Made by a program: the position numbers and the translations under genes | The notes under the pieces: model-generated | Database searches by the model: none | What the model was told of the DNA's origin: nothing | Seen by the model: the letters and a program-made list of their open reading frames with translations, nothing else | Shown: piece by piece, positions 1 through 11,114 of the stretch | Position numbering within the stretch: position 1 is the first letter of the stretch | Layout of the letters: every line of letters begins with the position of its first letter | NCBI GenBank assembly: GCA_963668355.1 | Contig: OY764265.1 | Coordinates: forward strand, 1,088,001 to 1,152,000 | DNA: 64,000 nt | Source of the DNA: Bdellovibrionota bacterium | GTDB lineage: Bacteria; Bdellovibrionota_G; JALEGL01; DATDPG01 | Direction: 5' to 3'

Positions 1-1
1 G

Positions 2-352
2 GCTGTGCGACTGGGGCGTCTGGATGTTGCCAAGATGTTTCATGAACGTTTTGATCTCCCGCTGGATGCGAATGCTTGGGGGAACGAAGGAAAGTATTGG
101 TTTACTCCCTTAGCGGCGGCTTTTCTCTACGCACCTGAAAACCAAGATGATTTCGTGGCCTACTATGTTTCCAAAGGACAAGATGTGGTTGAGGTGGCCA
201 AACACCTCGCGAAACTGGCCGAAGAACGCGGGGAAGAGTTGGACCAAATCCAAGAAAGAGCCAAGCGTCAGCGACGCCAAATTTGGGGACTTCAAGCGGA
301 AAGAGCAAGGCCTAAGGAAAAAAGAGATCGGGCTCGACATTACAACTTTTAA
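2..352 (+). CDS. 3' fragment of a probable ankyrin-repeat-like protein with a C-terminal coiled coil (runs off the left edge)
   Basis: Frame is open from the window edge. AVRLGRLDVAKMF...TPLAAA resembles the ankyrin consensus; the tail is charged and helical. Confidence 0.45.
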   Translation, partial: AVRLGRLDVAKMFHERFDLPLDANAWGNEGKYWFTPLAAAFLYAPENQDDFVAYYVSKGQDVVEVAKHLAKLAEERGEELDQIQERAKRQRRQIWGLQAERARPKEKRDRARHYNF

Positions 353-479
353 ATTTCAAGTGAACTCTTTGTCGCAAAACGGGATTTCCTCATCCCAGTT
401 TTCGGCACCTCTCCTTTAACCAACTTATTAAAAACCCTTTTATTTTAATAGGTTACCAAAAGAAAAACTTCGCCCTGCG

Positions 480-495
480 TGGTACAGAACTTGCT
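480..495 (+). promoter_or_regulatory. Putative sigma54 (-24/-12) promoter
   Basis: TGGTAC-AGAAC-TTGCT has exact GG-N10-GC spacing and lies upstream of the barrel gene. Confidence 0.55.
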
Positions 496-609
496 CATTT
501 GTAGGGCGTGGAAAGAAAAACGGGTCAAAATGACATATGGCGTTATATGGCGTTGACATCATGTAACGCGTTGTGTTAGTGGCCATGCAATTATGTTGAG
601 GATAGAGAT

Positions 610-1818
610 ATGAGGCTTCAAATTTTCAAACTCTTTTGGATTTTGCTCATCGTTCCGACGATGGCTTTGGCCCAACCCCCAGAGGAACTCCCTGCGGAAG
701 ACGCTTCTCAAGCCGAGGAAGGTTTTGAAAGCGTGGAACCCGTTCCCGTGGCCGAACCCGCTCCGGCACCCATTCCTGAGCCCGCCGCTTCCCCGGACGA
801 CGATACGGTGCGAGGCGTAACGCTCTCTCCTTCCTTGGGCGTGTATCCCCTCGGATATGACAGCATCAATCTTTCGGCAGATAATTCCGAAGGAAAACGG
901 TATTTCCTCCAATTACAGCCGAGTCTGGCTCTCGACAGTCTATTTAAAACCGCAGGCGGTCGAAAGATGGGCTTTTCATTGGCTTACACGCTGATTTATC
1001 GCGAGTATTTCAATAAAGGGACAACGTTTCGAGACATCGAAAACGATCTCGAGGGTTCCTTTAGCATCGACTGGACGGACCGCTTAAGCATGTCGATGTA
1101 CGCTTTGGCTGGGTATATGTTCAAGGTGGGTGAAGACACCAACGAAGACAATGCCATCTTCTTAGACATCACCGCACCCAAGTTCACCTTCAAAGCCAAC
1201 GACCAGATTAGTTTTGGGTTGGGTTTCTGGGCCCAGTGGGCAGAAATTTTAAACAGCTACCTTTCCGCCAATGAAGCCGATTACCCTGGAGACTTGGATG
1301 ACATTCGCCGTGGAGACATCACTTCAGCGGCTTCCGGTTATCTGGATTTCAGCTCCCCTTATTATGACAGCTATCTTGGAGATCTCACGAGCGACGAGCG
1401 CTATTGGGCCGGAAATTTAGGTGTGCGTGCCAATGTTGGCTGGACACCCATCGATGGAACCTCGGTCAAAATGGACTATCGATACGTATTTGAAGGCTTG
1501 AGTAATAAATCGGCCGCTCAATGGCGTGGGCACTACATCAAACCCTCCGTCAGTCAGGCCATGCCTTGGCCAGGAGGTCGCGTGAGTTTGGCCAATGAAC
1601 TTCGCCTACGAATTTACGAATCGTCGTTTGTGGAAGGAACCTCGGCGAAGGTTCAAAAATTTCGAAATCGCCTGACCCTTTCCGTCAGTCAAGCCATCAA
1701 TGATTTCATGAGCTTCAAGGGATTCTATCGTTGGCAAATCACCGGGAAAAACGCGGATGATTATTCCAACACGCCCCAAGCTCATTGGTTCTTTATGGGA
1801 GTGGATTTGAGTTTTTAG
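610..1818 (+). CDS. Putative outer-membrane beta-barrel protein
   Basis: Sec signal peptide, Pro/Glu-rich linker, alternating amphipathic strands, C-terminal ...GVDLSF (BAM beta-signal-like). Confidence 0.7.
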   Translation: MRLQIFKLFWILLIVPTMALAQPPEELPAEDASQAEEGFESVEPVPVAEPAPAPIPEPAASPDDDTVRGVTLSPSLGVYPLGYDSINLSADNSEGKRYFLQLQPSLALDSLFKTAGGRKMGFSLAYTLIYREYFNKGTTFRDIENDLEGSFSIDWTDRLSMSMYALAGYMFKVGEDTNEDNAIFLDITAPKFTFKANDQISFGLGFWAQWAEILNSYLSANEADYPGDLDDIRRGDITSAASGYLDFSSPYYDSYLGDLTSDERYWAGNLGVRANVGWTPIDGTSVKMDYRYVFEGLSNKSAAQWRGHYIKPSVSQAMPWPGGRVSLANELRLRIYESSFVEGTSAKVQKFRNRLTLSVSQAINDFMSFKGFYRWQITGKNADDYSNTPQAHWFFMGVDLSF

Positions 1819-1826
1819 GAGAAACT

Positions 1827-2891
1827 ATGCGCTGTAAACAAACCATCATTTTAGGCTCATTGCTTTCCGTTTCTCTGGTTGCCGTTTCGTGCAGTCAAAT
1901 TGCAAACACCGGCAGAAAGAAGACGGGGGCGGCAAGTCATTACCTCATCACCAATGAATCTTTCGACACCAACGCCTGCACGCGGGGAATGTTCATTCTC
2001 ACGGCGCAGAAAGATTTATTCAAACGGGAATTCTCCACACAAGGTCGTGGCTTCATTTCCAAAAAACAGATCGAGAACCCAGATCCCTATACTCGGCTGG
2101 GCTATCGACCCATTGATCCCAAAAAAGGATCTCCGCCAGACGTGGCCATGAACATTGGTCCCAGCATTCAAATCGACCTGGGAACACAGAATGTCGCTTC
2201 AGCCGATGTGGCCACCAGCGAAGAATATTCCATGGTCTTGAACGCCATGAAAAGCACCGCTCAAACGGATCTCGTTTCCGACAAACTCGTCTTAAGCTGG
2301 AGACCCGACTGGAAAGCGTATTACTCTGACTATGGCAGCAAGCCCGGTCGAACCATCGAAGCTTCTACGCTGGCTCCTTATGCTTATGCGCAAAACGAGG
2401 ATGGCGTCCAAGAGAAAGCCGCCGCCATCAGCCAGGTGAAACAGGTTCGCTCGTTTGTCTTTGGCCTCTCCAGCCAACAAACGGTCATCGGAGCCAATAT
2501 TCCGGAAAGCGTTGAAACCGAAGAGAACGAAAAGGGTCTTTCTGGTGTCATTGCCGACAATGAAACCCTGGACATCCCCATTGCCGCCAGCCCCAGCTTG
2601 GCAGGCAAAGAAGGGTTAATTCTTGTAACCATTGAAGAATACAAGGAAAAACCGACTTGGAGAGCGTATTATTCCGTCAAGGATTCCAGCGGCGAAGCCC
2701 AAACCCTTTCCATTCCCACCAAGGGCAAAAACTATGAGGGAAAAGATTTTGAATTGGGTGCTGGACCCGCCAAAATCGTGATCAGTCGTTGGTTAATGAC
2801 GCATCACCCAGTGAACGACAATGTACAGGGAACCCTCTGCGTAGCCTCCGGAAATGTGCTCGTCACCTACGGCGAACTCGAAGGAAAATAA
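1827..2891 (+). CDS. Hypothetical lipoprotein
   Basis: AGGAG RBS before ATG 1827; hydrophobic leader ending in lipobox-like VAVSC. Confidence 0.7.
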   Translation: MRCKQTIILGSLLSVSLVAVSCSQIANTGRKKTGAASHYLITNESFDTNACTRGMFILTAQKDLFKREFSTQGRGFISKKQIENPDPYTRLGYRPIDPKKGSPPDVAMNIGPSIQIDLGTQNVASADVATSEEYSMVLNAMKSTAQTDLVSDKLVLSWRPDWKAYYSDYGSKPGRTIEASTLAPYAYAQNEDGVQEKAAAISQVKQVRSFVFGLSSQQTVIGANIPESVETEENEKGLSGVIADNETLDIPIAASPSLAGKEGLILVTIEEYKEKPTWRAYYSVKDSSGEAQTLSIPTKGKNYEGKDFELGAGPAKIVISRWLMTHHPVNDNVQGTLCVASGNVLVTYGELEGK

Positions 2892-2924
2892 CGAAAAAGC
2901 CCTACTTTTAAGGGGTTTGAGGCC

Positions 2925-2952
2925 TTGACAGGGCTTTTGCCCTATATATAGT
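2925..2952 (+). promoter_or_regulatory. sigma70-type promoter for yceD-rpmF
   Basis: TTGACA-16 nt-TATAGT. Confidence 0.6.
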
Positions 2953-2963
2953 GCCCCGACTTT

Positions 2964-3461
2964 ATGCGACTGAGTACCCGAAAAATCCCCCCTGAAGGGC
3001 TGGATCTGGATTTTGCGATTCCCGCTTCATCCATGGCTACGGGTTTGCATAAAAAGGATCAGTTCTTCAATCTTTTTGAGAATGAGGTTTCGTGTCAGTT
3101 TCATTTTGAAATCGACAAGGCTGAAGTTTTTCTCTCGGGAAACGTACAAACCAACGTAAAGCCGGTTTGTGACCGATGTGGAGATGTGTTTGAAAAGCCA
3201 CTTTCGATTGAACTTTCTTTGACCTGCTCTCCCGAAAAAGGATGGCATGGCTCAGATAGCTATCAAGAATCCGATGAGGGGCTCATTTTTTATACGAACG
3301 AAGAATTGGATTTAACTGAAATCGTACGAGAACAGGTTCTCTTAACCTTACCCATGCGGTTATTATGCCGACCGGACTGTAAAGGTCTGTGTCCGCATTG
3401 CGGAGTAAATTTGAATCTGGGCGAACACACCTGTTCGCACAGTCAGCCAACAGCTGTTTAA
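2964..3461 (+). CDS. yceD: YceD/DUF177 family protein
   Basis: CDRC, and LP...LCRPDCKGLCPHCGVNLN; directly upstream of rpmF. Confidence 0.9.
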   Translation: MRLSTRKIPPEGLDLDFAIPASSMATGLHKKDQFFNLFENEVSCQFHFEIDKAEVFLSGNVQTNVKPVCDRCGDVFEKPLSIELSLTCSPEKGWHGSDSYQESDEGLIFYTNEELDLTEIVREQVLLTLPMRLLCRPDCKGLCPHCGVNLNLGEHTCSHSQPTAV

Positions 3462-3479
3462 TATGTAAGGAGTTTTTCA

Positions 3480-3665
3480 ATGCCGGTACCAAAACGAAAA
3501 ACATCGCAATCGAAAAGGGATTTACGACGATCACATCACGCAAAAACCCCTCCAGGGAATGTGCGTGCTTGCCCCCAATGTTCCGAGCCAATGCAAATGC
3601 ATAAAGTTTGCTCTGCGTGTGGATATTATAAAGGCAAGGAAGTCGTTGAGATTCCTTTGGACTAG
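3480..3665 (+). CDS. rpmF: 50S ribosomal protein L32
   Basis: MPVPKRKTSQSKRDLRRSH, CxxC...CxxCGYYKG. Confidence 0.97.
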   Translation: MPVPKRKTSQSKRDLRRSHHAKTPPGNVRACPQCSEPMQMHKVCSACGYYKGKEVVEIPLD

Positions 3666-3837
3666 ATATCAAGAAAATTTAATTGAACTTAATTTCACGG
3701 ATTCCTTGACGGAATGATCGAAGGAAGCTTTTCTTACATCGCTTTCTTTTCATATCCCAAGAGGAGACGGAAAAAGAAAGTGCCAAACTCTACGCAAGAA
3801 ATGACTTGGGTAGGGATCGAAAGGAGATGGAGGCAAA

Positions 3838-4077
3838 ATGTCCATTGAAAATGTAGAAACCAAAGTTAAAGAAATCGTGGCAGAACAACTCAGTGTAGAT
3901 ATCGCTGAATTGGAACCTTCCAAGTCATTCATCAATGATTTGGGTGCTGACTCATTGGATATCGTCGAACTCGTCATGGCTATGGAAGAAGAGTTTGATG
4001 TGGAAATTCCAGATGAAGACGCCGAGAAAATTCAAACTCTTGGTGATGCCATCAAATACGTCGCTGAACATCAATAA
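3838..4077 (+). CDS. acpP: Acyl carrier protein
   Basis: [20 protein letters not shown]. Confidence 0.98.
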   Translation: MSIENVETKVKEIVAEQLSVDIAELEPSKSFINDLGADSLDIVELVMAMEEEFDVEIPDEDAEKIQTLGDAIKYVAEHQ

Positions 4078-4108
4078 AAGCGACGGGTAAGAAAAGGCCA
4101 CTTCAAAT

Positions 4109-5359
4109 ATGGCTCCTGCCAAAAATCGTCGAGTCGTTGTTACAGGCTTGGGTGCAGTGTCGCCCATTGGAATCGGTGTGGAAAACAATTGGAACGCACT
4201 TATGGAAGGGCGTTCTGGAGTTGAAACCATTCCGTATTTTGACACCACCGGTTTCACCTCAAAGATCGGAGGCATTGTAAAAGAATTCAACGCCGTCGAT
4301 CACATTGACAAAAAAGCCCTGAAACAAATGGATGTATTCACCCATTATGCGTTGGCTGCGGCCAAAATGGCTCACAAAGATTCCGGGTTGACGATTGATG
4401 ATGAAAACGCCGATCGTGTCGGCGTACTGGTAGGAGCCGGAATTGGCGGCCTGCAAGAATTAGAAACCACGCACAAAAAGCTTTTAGAACGAGGGCCCGG
4501 TCGTGTCTCGCCCTTTTTCATTTGTCGCATGATCTCCAATTTGGCGCCGGGACAAATCTCCATTCATCTGGGAGCCAAGGGTCCCAACTTGTGTTCGGTT
4601 TCGGCGTGTGCCACCGGCACCCATTCCATCGGAGACGCAGCTAAGATGATTGAGCGTGGCTTGGTGGATGCCATGATTGCCGGGGGTACGGAAGCCGGAA
4701 TCACACCTTTAAGTGTTGCTGGCTTCTGCGCCATGAAAGCTCTTTCCACACGAAACGATGCCCCCCACCAAGCAAGTCGACCGTTTGATCGCGACCGAGA
4801 TGGTTTCGTGATTGCGGAAGGCTCCGGCATTTTAATCTTGGAAGAGTTGGAACACGCCAAAAAAAGAGGGGCCAAGATTTACTGCGAACTCTCAGGCTAT
4901 GGCCTTTCCAGCGATGCCCATCATATTTCCACACCGGCCGAAAATGGTGAAGGCATGTCTCGCTGCATGAACCTCGCTCTGAAAGATGCCGCTCTCAACC
5001 CAGAAGAAATCGCCTACATCAATGCACATGGAACTTCGACCGAATACAACGACTGGTATGAAACCATGGCCATCAAAACTTCTTTTGGTGAGCATGCGAA
5101 GAAACTCAAAATCAGTTCGACCAAGTCGATGACGGGCCACTTGTTGGGTGGCGCGGGTGGCGTGGAAGCCGTGTACACGGCGTTGACGCTTGACCGAGGC
5201 GTCCTTCCCCCCACGACCAACTATGAAAATCCAGACCCCCGTTGTGACTTGGACTATATTCCTAACAAACCTCAAGAAATGAATGTGGATCATGCCCTGT
5301 CCAATTCTTTTGGATTTGGCGGCACGAATGCCACGTTGGTCTTCTCCAAACTAAAATGA
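4109..5359 (+). CDS. fabF: Beta-ketoacyl-ACP synthase II
   Basis: [32 protein letters not shown]. Confidence 0.97.
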   Translation: MAPAKNRRVVVTGLGAVSPIGIGVENNWNALMEGRSGVETIPYFDTTGFTSKIGGIVKEFNAVDHIDKKALKQMDVFTHYALAAAKMAHKDSGLTIDDENADRVGVLVGAGIGGLQELETTHKKLLERGPGRVSPFFICRMISNLAPGQISIHLGAKGPNLCSVSACATGTHSIGDAAKMIERGLVDAMIAGGTEAGITPLSVAGFCAMKALSTRNDAPHQASRPFDRDRDGFVIAEGSGILILEELEHAKKRGAKIYCELSGYGLSSDAHHISTPAENGEGMSRCMNLALKDAALNPEEIAYINAHGTSTEYNDWYETMAIKTSFGEHAKKLKISSTKSMTGHLLGGAGGVEAVYTALTLDRGVLPPTTNYENPDPRCDLDYIPNKPQEMNVDHALSNSFGFGGTNATLVFSKLK

Positions 5360-5817
5360 GTTCTGATTCCGACAGTGTGGTTCATGACTTCGTTATCGGA
5401 AGCGACCACGCTGGAATCGAACGAAAAAAAGAAATCAAAGACTTCCTTTCTGAAAGGGGTTTGAGTTTCCTGGATGTAGGAACGAACTCTTCAGACTCCG
5501 TTGACTATCCCGACTTCGCAAAAGCGGTGGGGAAAAAAATTCTTGAAGGCAAGGCCAAGCAAGGAATCCTGATTTGCGGCACAGGAATCGGGATGTCCAT
5601 CACTGCAAATAAGATTTCCGGAATTCGAGCCGCTTTGGCCGTGACTCCGTTCATGGGAGAAATGGGTCGGGCTCATAACAATGCCAATGTCTTATGTCTG
5701 GGCGCACGTATTGTGGATTTCGCAACCACTCAACAAATCGTTGAAGCCTGGTTAAACGCCTCTTTTGAGGGCGGACGTCATGAACGTCGCGTGGAAAAAA
5801 TGGAAGATCATCCATAA
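5356..5817 (+). CDS. rpiB: Ribose-5-phosphate isomerase B
   Basis: [30 protein letters not shown]. Confidence 0.96.
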   Translation: MSSDSDSVVHDFVIGSDHAGIERKKEIKDFLSERGLSFLDVGTNSSDSVDYPDFAKAVGKKILEGKAKQGILICGTGIGMSITANKISGIRAALAVTPFMGEMGRAHNNANVLCLGARIVDFATTQQIVEAWLNASFEGGRHERRVEKMEDHP

Positions 5818-5826
5818 GAGGAAGTT

Positions 5827-7086
5827 ATGAATTTGAAACAAACACTCAAAGAAACAGATCCTGAAATTTATCGCATCGTACAGTCCGAAACTCGTCGGCA
5901 ATCTAACCATTTGGAAATGATTGCTTCTGAAAACTTTGTCAGTCAGGCGGTTTTGGAAACGGCCGGCTCCGTCTTGACCAATAAGTACGCCGAAGGGTAT
6001 CCCAAGAAACGTTACTACAGCGGTTGCCATTTCGTGGACGAATCCGAACAATTGGCCATTGAACGAGCCAAAGAGCTATTTGGTGCCCCTTATGCAAACG
6101 TTCAACCCCATTCCGGTTCCCAAGCCAATATGGGCGTTTATTTTTCCGTTTTGAATCCTGGCGACACAGTTTTATCCATGAGCTTGGATCATGGTGGGCA
6201 TTTGACTCATGGAAGCCCTGTAAATTTTTCGGGTAAGTTTTATAAAATTATTCCTTATGGCGTGAACAAAGAAACCGGTCGCATCGACTACGATGAAGTT
6301 GAAACCTTGGCCAAAGAACACAAGCCCAAACTTTTGGTCTGTGGTGCCAGCGCCTATCCGCGATTCATCGACTTTGAACGATTTCGAAAAATCGCTGACG
6401 GCGTTGGGGCCCTTTTAATGGCCGACATTGCTCACCCAGCAGGATTGGTGGCCGCAGGACTTCACCCAAATCCCATGCCGCATTGTCATTTCGTCACAAC
6501 CACCACACACAAAACGTTACGAGGGCCTCGTGGAGGTCTCATCATGTCTCAAGAAGACATGTCAGCTGGCGTACGAAAACTCATTTTCCCTGGCATTCAG
6601 GGAGGACCCATGTGTCACATCATCGCGGCCAAAGCTGTAGCGTTTCATGAAGCCCTTCAACCGGAATTCAAAACCTATGCGCAACAAATTTTGAACAACA
6701 CGCAGGCGTTGGCCAATGAGTTGTTGGATCATGGATTCATGATTACAAGTGGCGGCACGGACAATCACTTGGTGCTCTTGGATCTTCACAACAAAAACGT
6801 GACCGGAAAAGTGGCTGAGAAAGCCTTAGAAAAAGCGGGCATTACTGTGAACAAGAATATGGTTCCGTTTGATGATCAATCTCCGTTTGTCACCAGCGGG
6901 GTTCGCATTGGAACCCCCGCACTCACAACTCGCGGAATGAAAGAGCCTGAAATGAAACGCATTGGTCAATGGATCAATCAAGTCATTGAAAACCACGAAG
7001 ATCCAAATGTGTTGGAAACGGTTCACTCCGAAGTTGTTGAAATGTGTAAGAGCTTCCCGATCTACGAAGATTTATATGTAGATTGA
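5827..7086 (+). CDS. glyA: Serine hydroxymethyltransferase
   Basis: [26 protein letters not shown]. Confidence 0.98.
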   Translation: MNLKQTLKETDPEIYRIVQSETRRQSNHLEMIASENFVSQAVLETAGSVLTNKYAEGYPKKRYYSGCHFVDESEQLAIERAKELFGAPYANVQPHSGSQANMGVYFSVLNPGDTVLSMSLDHGGHLTHGSPVNFSGKFYKIIPYGVNKETGRIDYDEVETLAKEHKPKLLVCGASAYPRFIDFERFRKIADGVGALLMADIAHPAGLVAAGLHPNPMPHCHFVTTTTHKTLRGPRGGLIMSQEDMSAGVRKLIFPGIQGGPMCHIIAAKAVAFHEALQPEFKTYAQQILNNTQALANELLDHGFMITSGGTDNHLVLLDLHNKNVTGKVAEKALEKAGITVNKNMVPFDDQSPFVTSGVRIGTPALTTRGMKEPEMKRIGQWINQVIENHEDPNVLETVHSEVVEMCKSFPIYEDLYVD

Positions 7087-7205
7087 ACGCCTGGAACGCT
7101 CAACTCCTGTATCCAAGGAGTTAAATCGCTCGAATGGACTGGCCAGGGTTTGGCGGGGACGTTGCGTTTCGGGGAAAAAGCGGTGTAAGTTGCTCACGAA
7201 TTCTC

Positions 7206-8360
7206 ATGAATCCGTTCTCAAAAAAAGATGTATACTGGATGAGACGCGCGCTCGTTCACGCCCGCAAGGCGCTCGGACACACGCAACCCAACCCCATGGT
7301 TGGAGCCATTGTTTTGGATGCCCAGGGCCACTTCGTTTCGAGCGGATATCACGCGAAAGCCGGAAGCAGTCACGCCGAGGCCCTCGCTCTTCAAAAGGCC
7401 GGACAAAAAGCCAAGGGAGGAACCCTTTATGTCACGCTTGAGCCGTGCACACATCAAGGCCGGACCCCTCCCTGCACCGACCAAATTCTAAAATCTGAGA
7501 TCAAACGGGTTGTGATGGCTTCCAACGACCCCAACCCTCACGTCCAGGGGGGAGGGGAGCAACTCTTAAAGTGCGATGGCGTCGAGGTTGTCTCCGGTTG
7601 TTTGAACGAACACGCATTGGCCTTGAATGAGCCCTATTTCCACTTCGTAAAAACGAATCGTCCCTTGGTAACGGCGAAAATTGCGCTTTCCAAAGATGGT
7701 CGGATGGGGGCAAAAGGAACCCGGATCCCGCTATCCGGCCCCTCATGCCTAGAAAGGACCATGAGACTTCGCGCAGAGGCCGGAGCCCTATTGGTGGGCG
7801 TCAATACCGTCTTAAGCGATGACCCTTTGCTCACGACGCGCGCAAACCGCTACAACCACCAACCCCTTCGGGGGGTCATTGATCCCGATCTCAAGACCCC
7901 TTCCACGGCCCGAATGTTTCAACGGGGAGGCAGCCCCGTTACCTTATTTTGCCGGAAAACGTCTATGTCCCTGGATAAGGCCAAGGAACTCGAACGTGCC
8001 GGCGCCCAACTTTCTTTTCTTCCAGAAACCCCAGACCGAGGGCTGGATCTTCAAAGACTTTTCAATGATTTCGGACAGATAGGGGTTTCTTCGGTCTTGG
8101 TTGAGGGGGGGCCCTCCCTCATCACCCGCCTCGCAAACGATCAGCTCATTGATCGGTGGGTGATGTATCTCACGCCTAAAACGCTTGGCCCCACTATCCA
8201 AGGCCTCTCAACACTGCCCAACCCTCCTTGGCTCTTTGATCCTCCGAAAAATGTGGGTGAATTCAAAGCCGGAGCCAAAGTAGCGTTTGGACACTTTCGC
8301 CTTCATATCCGTTCTGTTATAAGGCGTGGCGACGATTGGCAGGTCATGGCAACGCCTTAA
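7206..8360 (+). CDS. ribD: Riboflavin biosynthesis deaminase/reductase
   Basis: PNPMVGA, HAE, TLEPC...TPPC, LVEGG. Start placed at ATG 7206. Confidence 0.95.
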   Translation: MNPFSKKDVYWMRRALVHARKALGHTQPNPMVGAIVLDAQGHFVSSGYHAKAGSSHAEALALQKAGQKAKGGTLYVTLEPCTHQGRTPPCTDQILKSEIKRVVMASNDPNPHVQGGGEQLLKCDGVEVVSGCLNEHALALNEPYFHFVKTNRPLVTAKIALSKDGRMGAKGTRIPLSGPSCLERTMRLRAEAGALLVGVNTVLSDDPLLTTRANRYNHQPLRGVIDPDLKTPSTARMFQRGGSPVTLFCRKTSMSLDKAKELERAGAQLSFLPETPDRGLDLQRLFNDFGQIGVSSVLVEGGPSLITRLANDQLIDRWVMYLTPKTLGPTIQGLSTLPNPPWLFDPPKNVGEFKAGAKVAFGHFRLHIRSVIRRGDDWQVMATP

Positions 8361-8389
8361 ATTTTAACAAAATCAAACTGGGTGCATGC

Positions 8390-8983
8390 ATGTTTACGGG
8401 AATCATTGAAGGAATGGGAACCATCGAATCCATCGAGGGTGGGGTTATGGAGATTTCACCTCCTTGGCCGGTATCGGAGTTCCGCATCGGTCAAAGTCTG
8501 GCCGTGGATGGATGCTGCCTCACCGTTGTGAAGGCTCAGGACCATCGTCTTGCTTTTGACCTTTCCCCTGAGACCTTTGATCGAACGACGTTCGGGGATC
8601 GAGCCGTCGGAGATGCCGTCAACCTGGAAAGAGGTCTCAAGTTTGGAGATGCTTTGGACGGACATTTGGTATCCGGGCATATTGATACCAAAGGTTCCAT
8701 CCGTTCGATTACGGATTTGCCGGAGGGGAATCGCGAGTATTGGATCAACGTTCCCCAAGATCGGATGCACTGGCTCGCGGAAAAGGGCTCCGTCTCCATC
8801 AACGGAATTAGTCTCACCGTATGTGATATGGACGATCAGGGTTTTTCCTTGTTCATCATTCCCCATACGCTCAAGGTCACAACCCTTGGAGGCCAAAAGG
8901 TTGGCGACTCCGTAAACGTCGAGTTCGATCTCATGGCAAAATACATTGAACGCTTTTTGGAAAAGCATCCAAAATTCAATTGA
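8390..8983 (+). CDS. ribE: Riboflavin synthase
   Basis: N-terminal [23 protein letters not shown]. Confidence 0.96.
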   Translation: MFTGIIEGMGTIESIEGGVMEISPPWPVSEFRIGQSLAVDGCCLTVVKAQDHRLAFDLSPETFDRTTFGDRAVGDAVNLERGLKFGDALDGHLVSGHIDTKGSIRSITDLPEGNREYWINVPQDRMHWLAEKGSVSINGISLTVCDMDDQGFSLFIIPHTLKVTTLGGQKVGDSVNVEFDLMAKYIERFLEKHPKFN

Positions 8984-8996
8984 TCGGAGAGTACAC

Positions 8997-10211
8997 ATGA
9001 ATCCGGTTTTTAAACGTGTAGAAGAAGCGCTCTCGCGAATGCGAGAAGGAAAAATGGTCATTCTGGTCGATGATGAAGACCGAGAAAACGAGGGAGACTT
9101 GGCCATGGCGGCCGAAATGGTTTCTCCAGAAGCCATCAATTTCATGACCAAATATGGACGTGGGTTGGTCTGTTTGAGTTTGACTGAAGATCGCTGTCAC
9201 CAATTGGGTCTGGATCAAATGGTTTCAGAGAACACCTCTCGATTTTCGACGGCTTTTACGGTTTCGATCGAAGCGCGCAAAGGTGTCACCACGGGCATTT
9301 CTGCGTATGACCGATCCGAAACCATTCGCACCGCCATCGCTGAAAACGCTCACGCAGATGACCTCGTAAGACCAGGTCATGTTTTTCCCATTCAGGCCAA
9401 GTCCGGAGGGGTACTTACTCGAACGGGGCAAACCGAAGGTTCGGTTGACTTGGCTCGTCTGGCGGGTTTAAAGCCCGCAGGAATCATCTGTGAAATCATG
9501 AAAGACGATGGAAGCATGGCCCGAATGCCGGACCTCAAAACGTTTTCAAAAAAACATGATATTCCGATTGTTCAAATTGCTGACATCATTGCCTACCGAC
9601 TCGAGAAAGAGATGTTGGTGGAGCATCGGGCCACGAGCGCTCTACCCAATATCTTCGGCAAAGACTTTCAAGTTCATGTCTTTGAAAGCAAAACGGACAA
9701 ATTTCTTCATGTAGCGTTGCAATGTGGAAAAATCGATCCGGACACGCCGACCTTGGTTCGCGTTCACTCCGAATGCTTTACGGGAGATGTTCTGGGATCT
9801 TTACGCTGTGATTGTCGTGATCAACTTCATCAAGCTTTGCACCAAATTGCCGAAGCGGGAACGGGCGTCTTGCTTTATCTGCGCCAAGAAGGTCGCGGCA
9901 TTGGTTTGATCAACAAGGTTCGCGCGTATGACCTCCAAGACCATGGGGAAGATACCGTAACCGCCAATGAAAAATTGGGTTTTAAGGATGACCTTCGGGA
10001 ATACGGCGTCGGAGCTCAGATACTCAAAGCTTTGGGCGTGAGAAAAATGTCTTTGCTCACAAACAACCCCCGAAAGATTGTTGGACTCGACGGATATGGC
10101 CTGGAAATGCACGAACGTGTTCCCATTGAAATCAAACCGAATTCCCAAAATTTGCGCTACTTGAAAACGAAGAAAGATCGCATGGGTCACATTTTAAAAC
10201 TTGCGGAATAA
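8997..10211 (+). CDS. ribBA: Bifunctional DHBP synthase / GTP cyclohydrolase II
   Basis: [27 protein letters not shown]...RCDC, QEGRGIG. Confidence 0.97.
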   Translation: MNPVFKRVEEALSRMREGKMVILVDDEDRENEGDLAMAAEMVSPEAINFMTKYGRGLVCLSLTEDRCHQLGLDQMVSENTSRFSTAFTVSIEARKGVTTGISAYDRSETIRTAIAENAHADDLVRPGHVFPIQAKSGGVLTRTGQTEGSVDLARLAGLKPAGIICEIMKDDGSMARMPDLKTFSKKHDIPIVQIADIIAYRLEKEMLVEHRATSALPNIFGKDFQVHVFESKTDKFLHVALQCGKIDPDTPTLVRVHSECFTGDVLGSLRCDCRDQLHQALHQIAEAGTGVLLYLRQEGRGIGLINKVRAYDLQDHGEDTVTANEKLGFKDDLREYGVGAQILKALGVRKMSLLTNNPRKIVGLDGYGLEMHERVPIEIKPNSQNLRYLKTKKDRMGHILKLAE

Positions 10212-10213
10212 CC

Positions 10214-10702
10214 ATGAAGCGAACCGATCCCTCAGAGACCATTCATCATCAACTCCGACGCGTTGCGATCATTCAAAGTCGCTGGTATCCGGAAGTCACC
10301 AACTCATTGGCGGCAGGGGCTCGGTCGGCCCTCGAAAAAACCGGCACACCTGCTTCCAATATTGATTTATTCCCCGTAGGCGGCTCTTTTGAGCTTTCCC
10401 AAGCAGCTCAGGCCCTTGCGTTAACGGGTCGTTTCGAAGCCATTGTGGCGGTCGGGTGCCTGATTCGAGGTGAGACCCCTCACTTTGATTATATTGCGAA
10501 ATCGGTGGTTTCAGGTTTGGACGAAGTGGGACGTTCCACAGGAGTTCCTGTGACGCTGGGGGTGTTAACCACCGAATCCCTCGAACAGGCCAAAGCCCGA
10601 TCGGGAGGTTCACACGGAAATAAGGGAGAGGATGCCGCTTTAGCCGCGGTGGAATTGGCGGTTCTCATTCAGGAAACGGCCAGCCCAGAACACCATGCCT
10701 AG
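10214..10702 (+). CDS. ribH: Lumazine synthase
   Basis: GSFEL, GCLIRGETPHFDYI, GNKG. Confidence 0.95.
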   Translation: MKRTDPSETIHHQLRRVAIIQSRWYPEVTNSLAAGARSALEKTGTPASNIDLFPVGGSFELSQAAQALALTGRFEAIVAVGCLIRGETPHFDYIAKSVVSGLDEVGRSTGVPVTLGVLTTESLEQAKARSGGSHGNKGEDAALAAVELAVLIQETASPEHHA

Positions 10703-11114
10703 TCGACGAAAAGCTAGAGAACAAGCTCTCCAAATTCTTTTTCTCATTGATTTGGCCAATACGCCCGTTTCGGAAGCGATTGAGTTGTTTCGTGCAAATT
10801 TCGAACATCAGGAGGCGGCGCTGCCGTTTGCCCAGGAGCTGGTAGAGGGAACACGATCCCGCCTCGCGGATCTCGATGCCACGTTGGAAAAAAATTCTGA
10901 AAATTGGAAAATTTCTCGCATGCCTCGGATTGACCGCAATATTCTTCGCCTGGGCGTGTATGAAATCATGTTTTGCAAAGAAACGCCCGGACCGGTCATC
11001 GTGGATGAAGCCGTAGAACTGGCCAAGCGTTTTGGTGAAAAAAAATCTGGCGCTTTCGTCAATGGCATTTTAGATCGAGTTTTGCGAGACTATCGAGGCA
11101 AAGATGAGGGTTGA
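10695..11114 (+). CDS. nusB: Transcription antitermination factor NusB
   Basis: RRKAREQALQ, DRNILRL, EAVELAKRF, FVNGILD. Confidence 0.96.
   Translation: MPSRRKAREQALQILFLIDLANTPVSEAIELFRANFEHQEAALPFAQELVEGTRSRLADLDATLEKNSENWKISRMPRIDRNILRLGVYEIMFCKETPGPVIVDEAVELAKRFGEKKSGAFVNGILDRVLRDYRGKDEG

Noticed and set aside
7087..7205. FMN riboswitch or sigma54 site (TGGCGGGGACGTTGCG) before ribD
   Set aside because: No RFN consensus; the sigma54 match has the right spacing but a poor -24 box.
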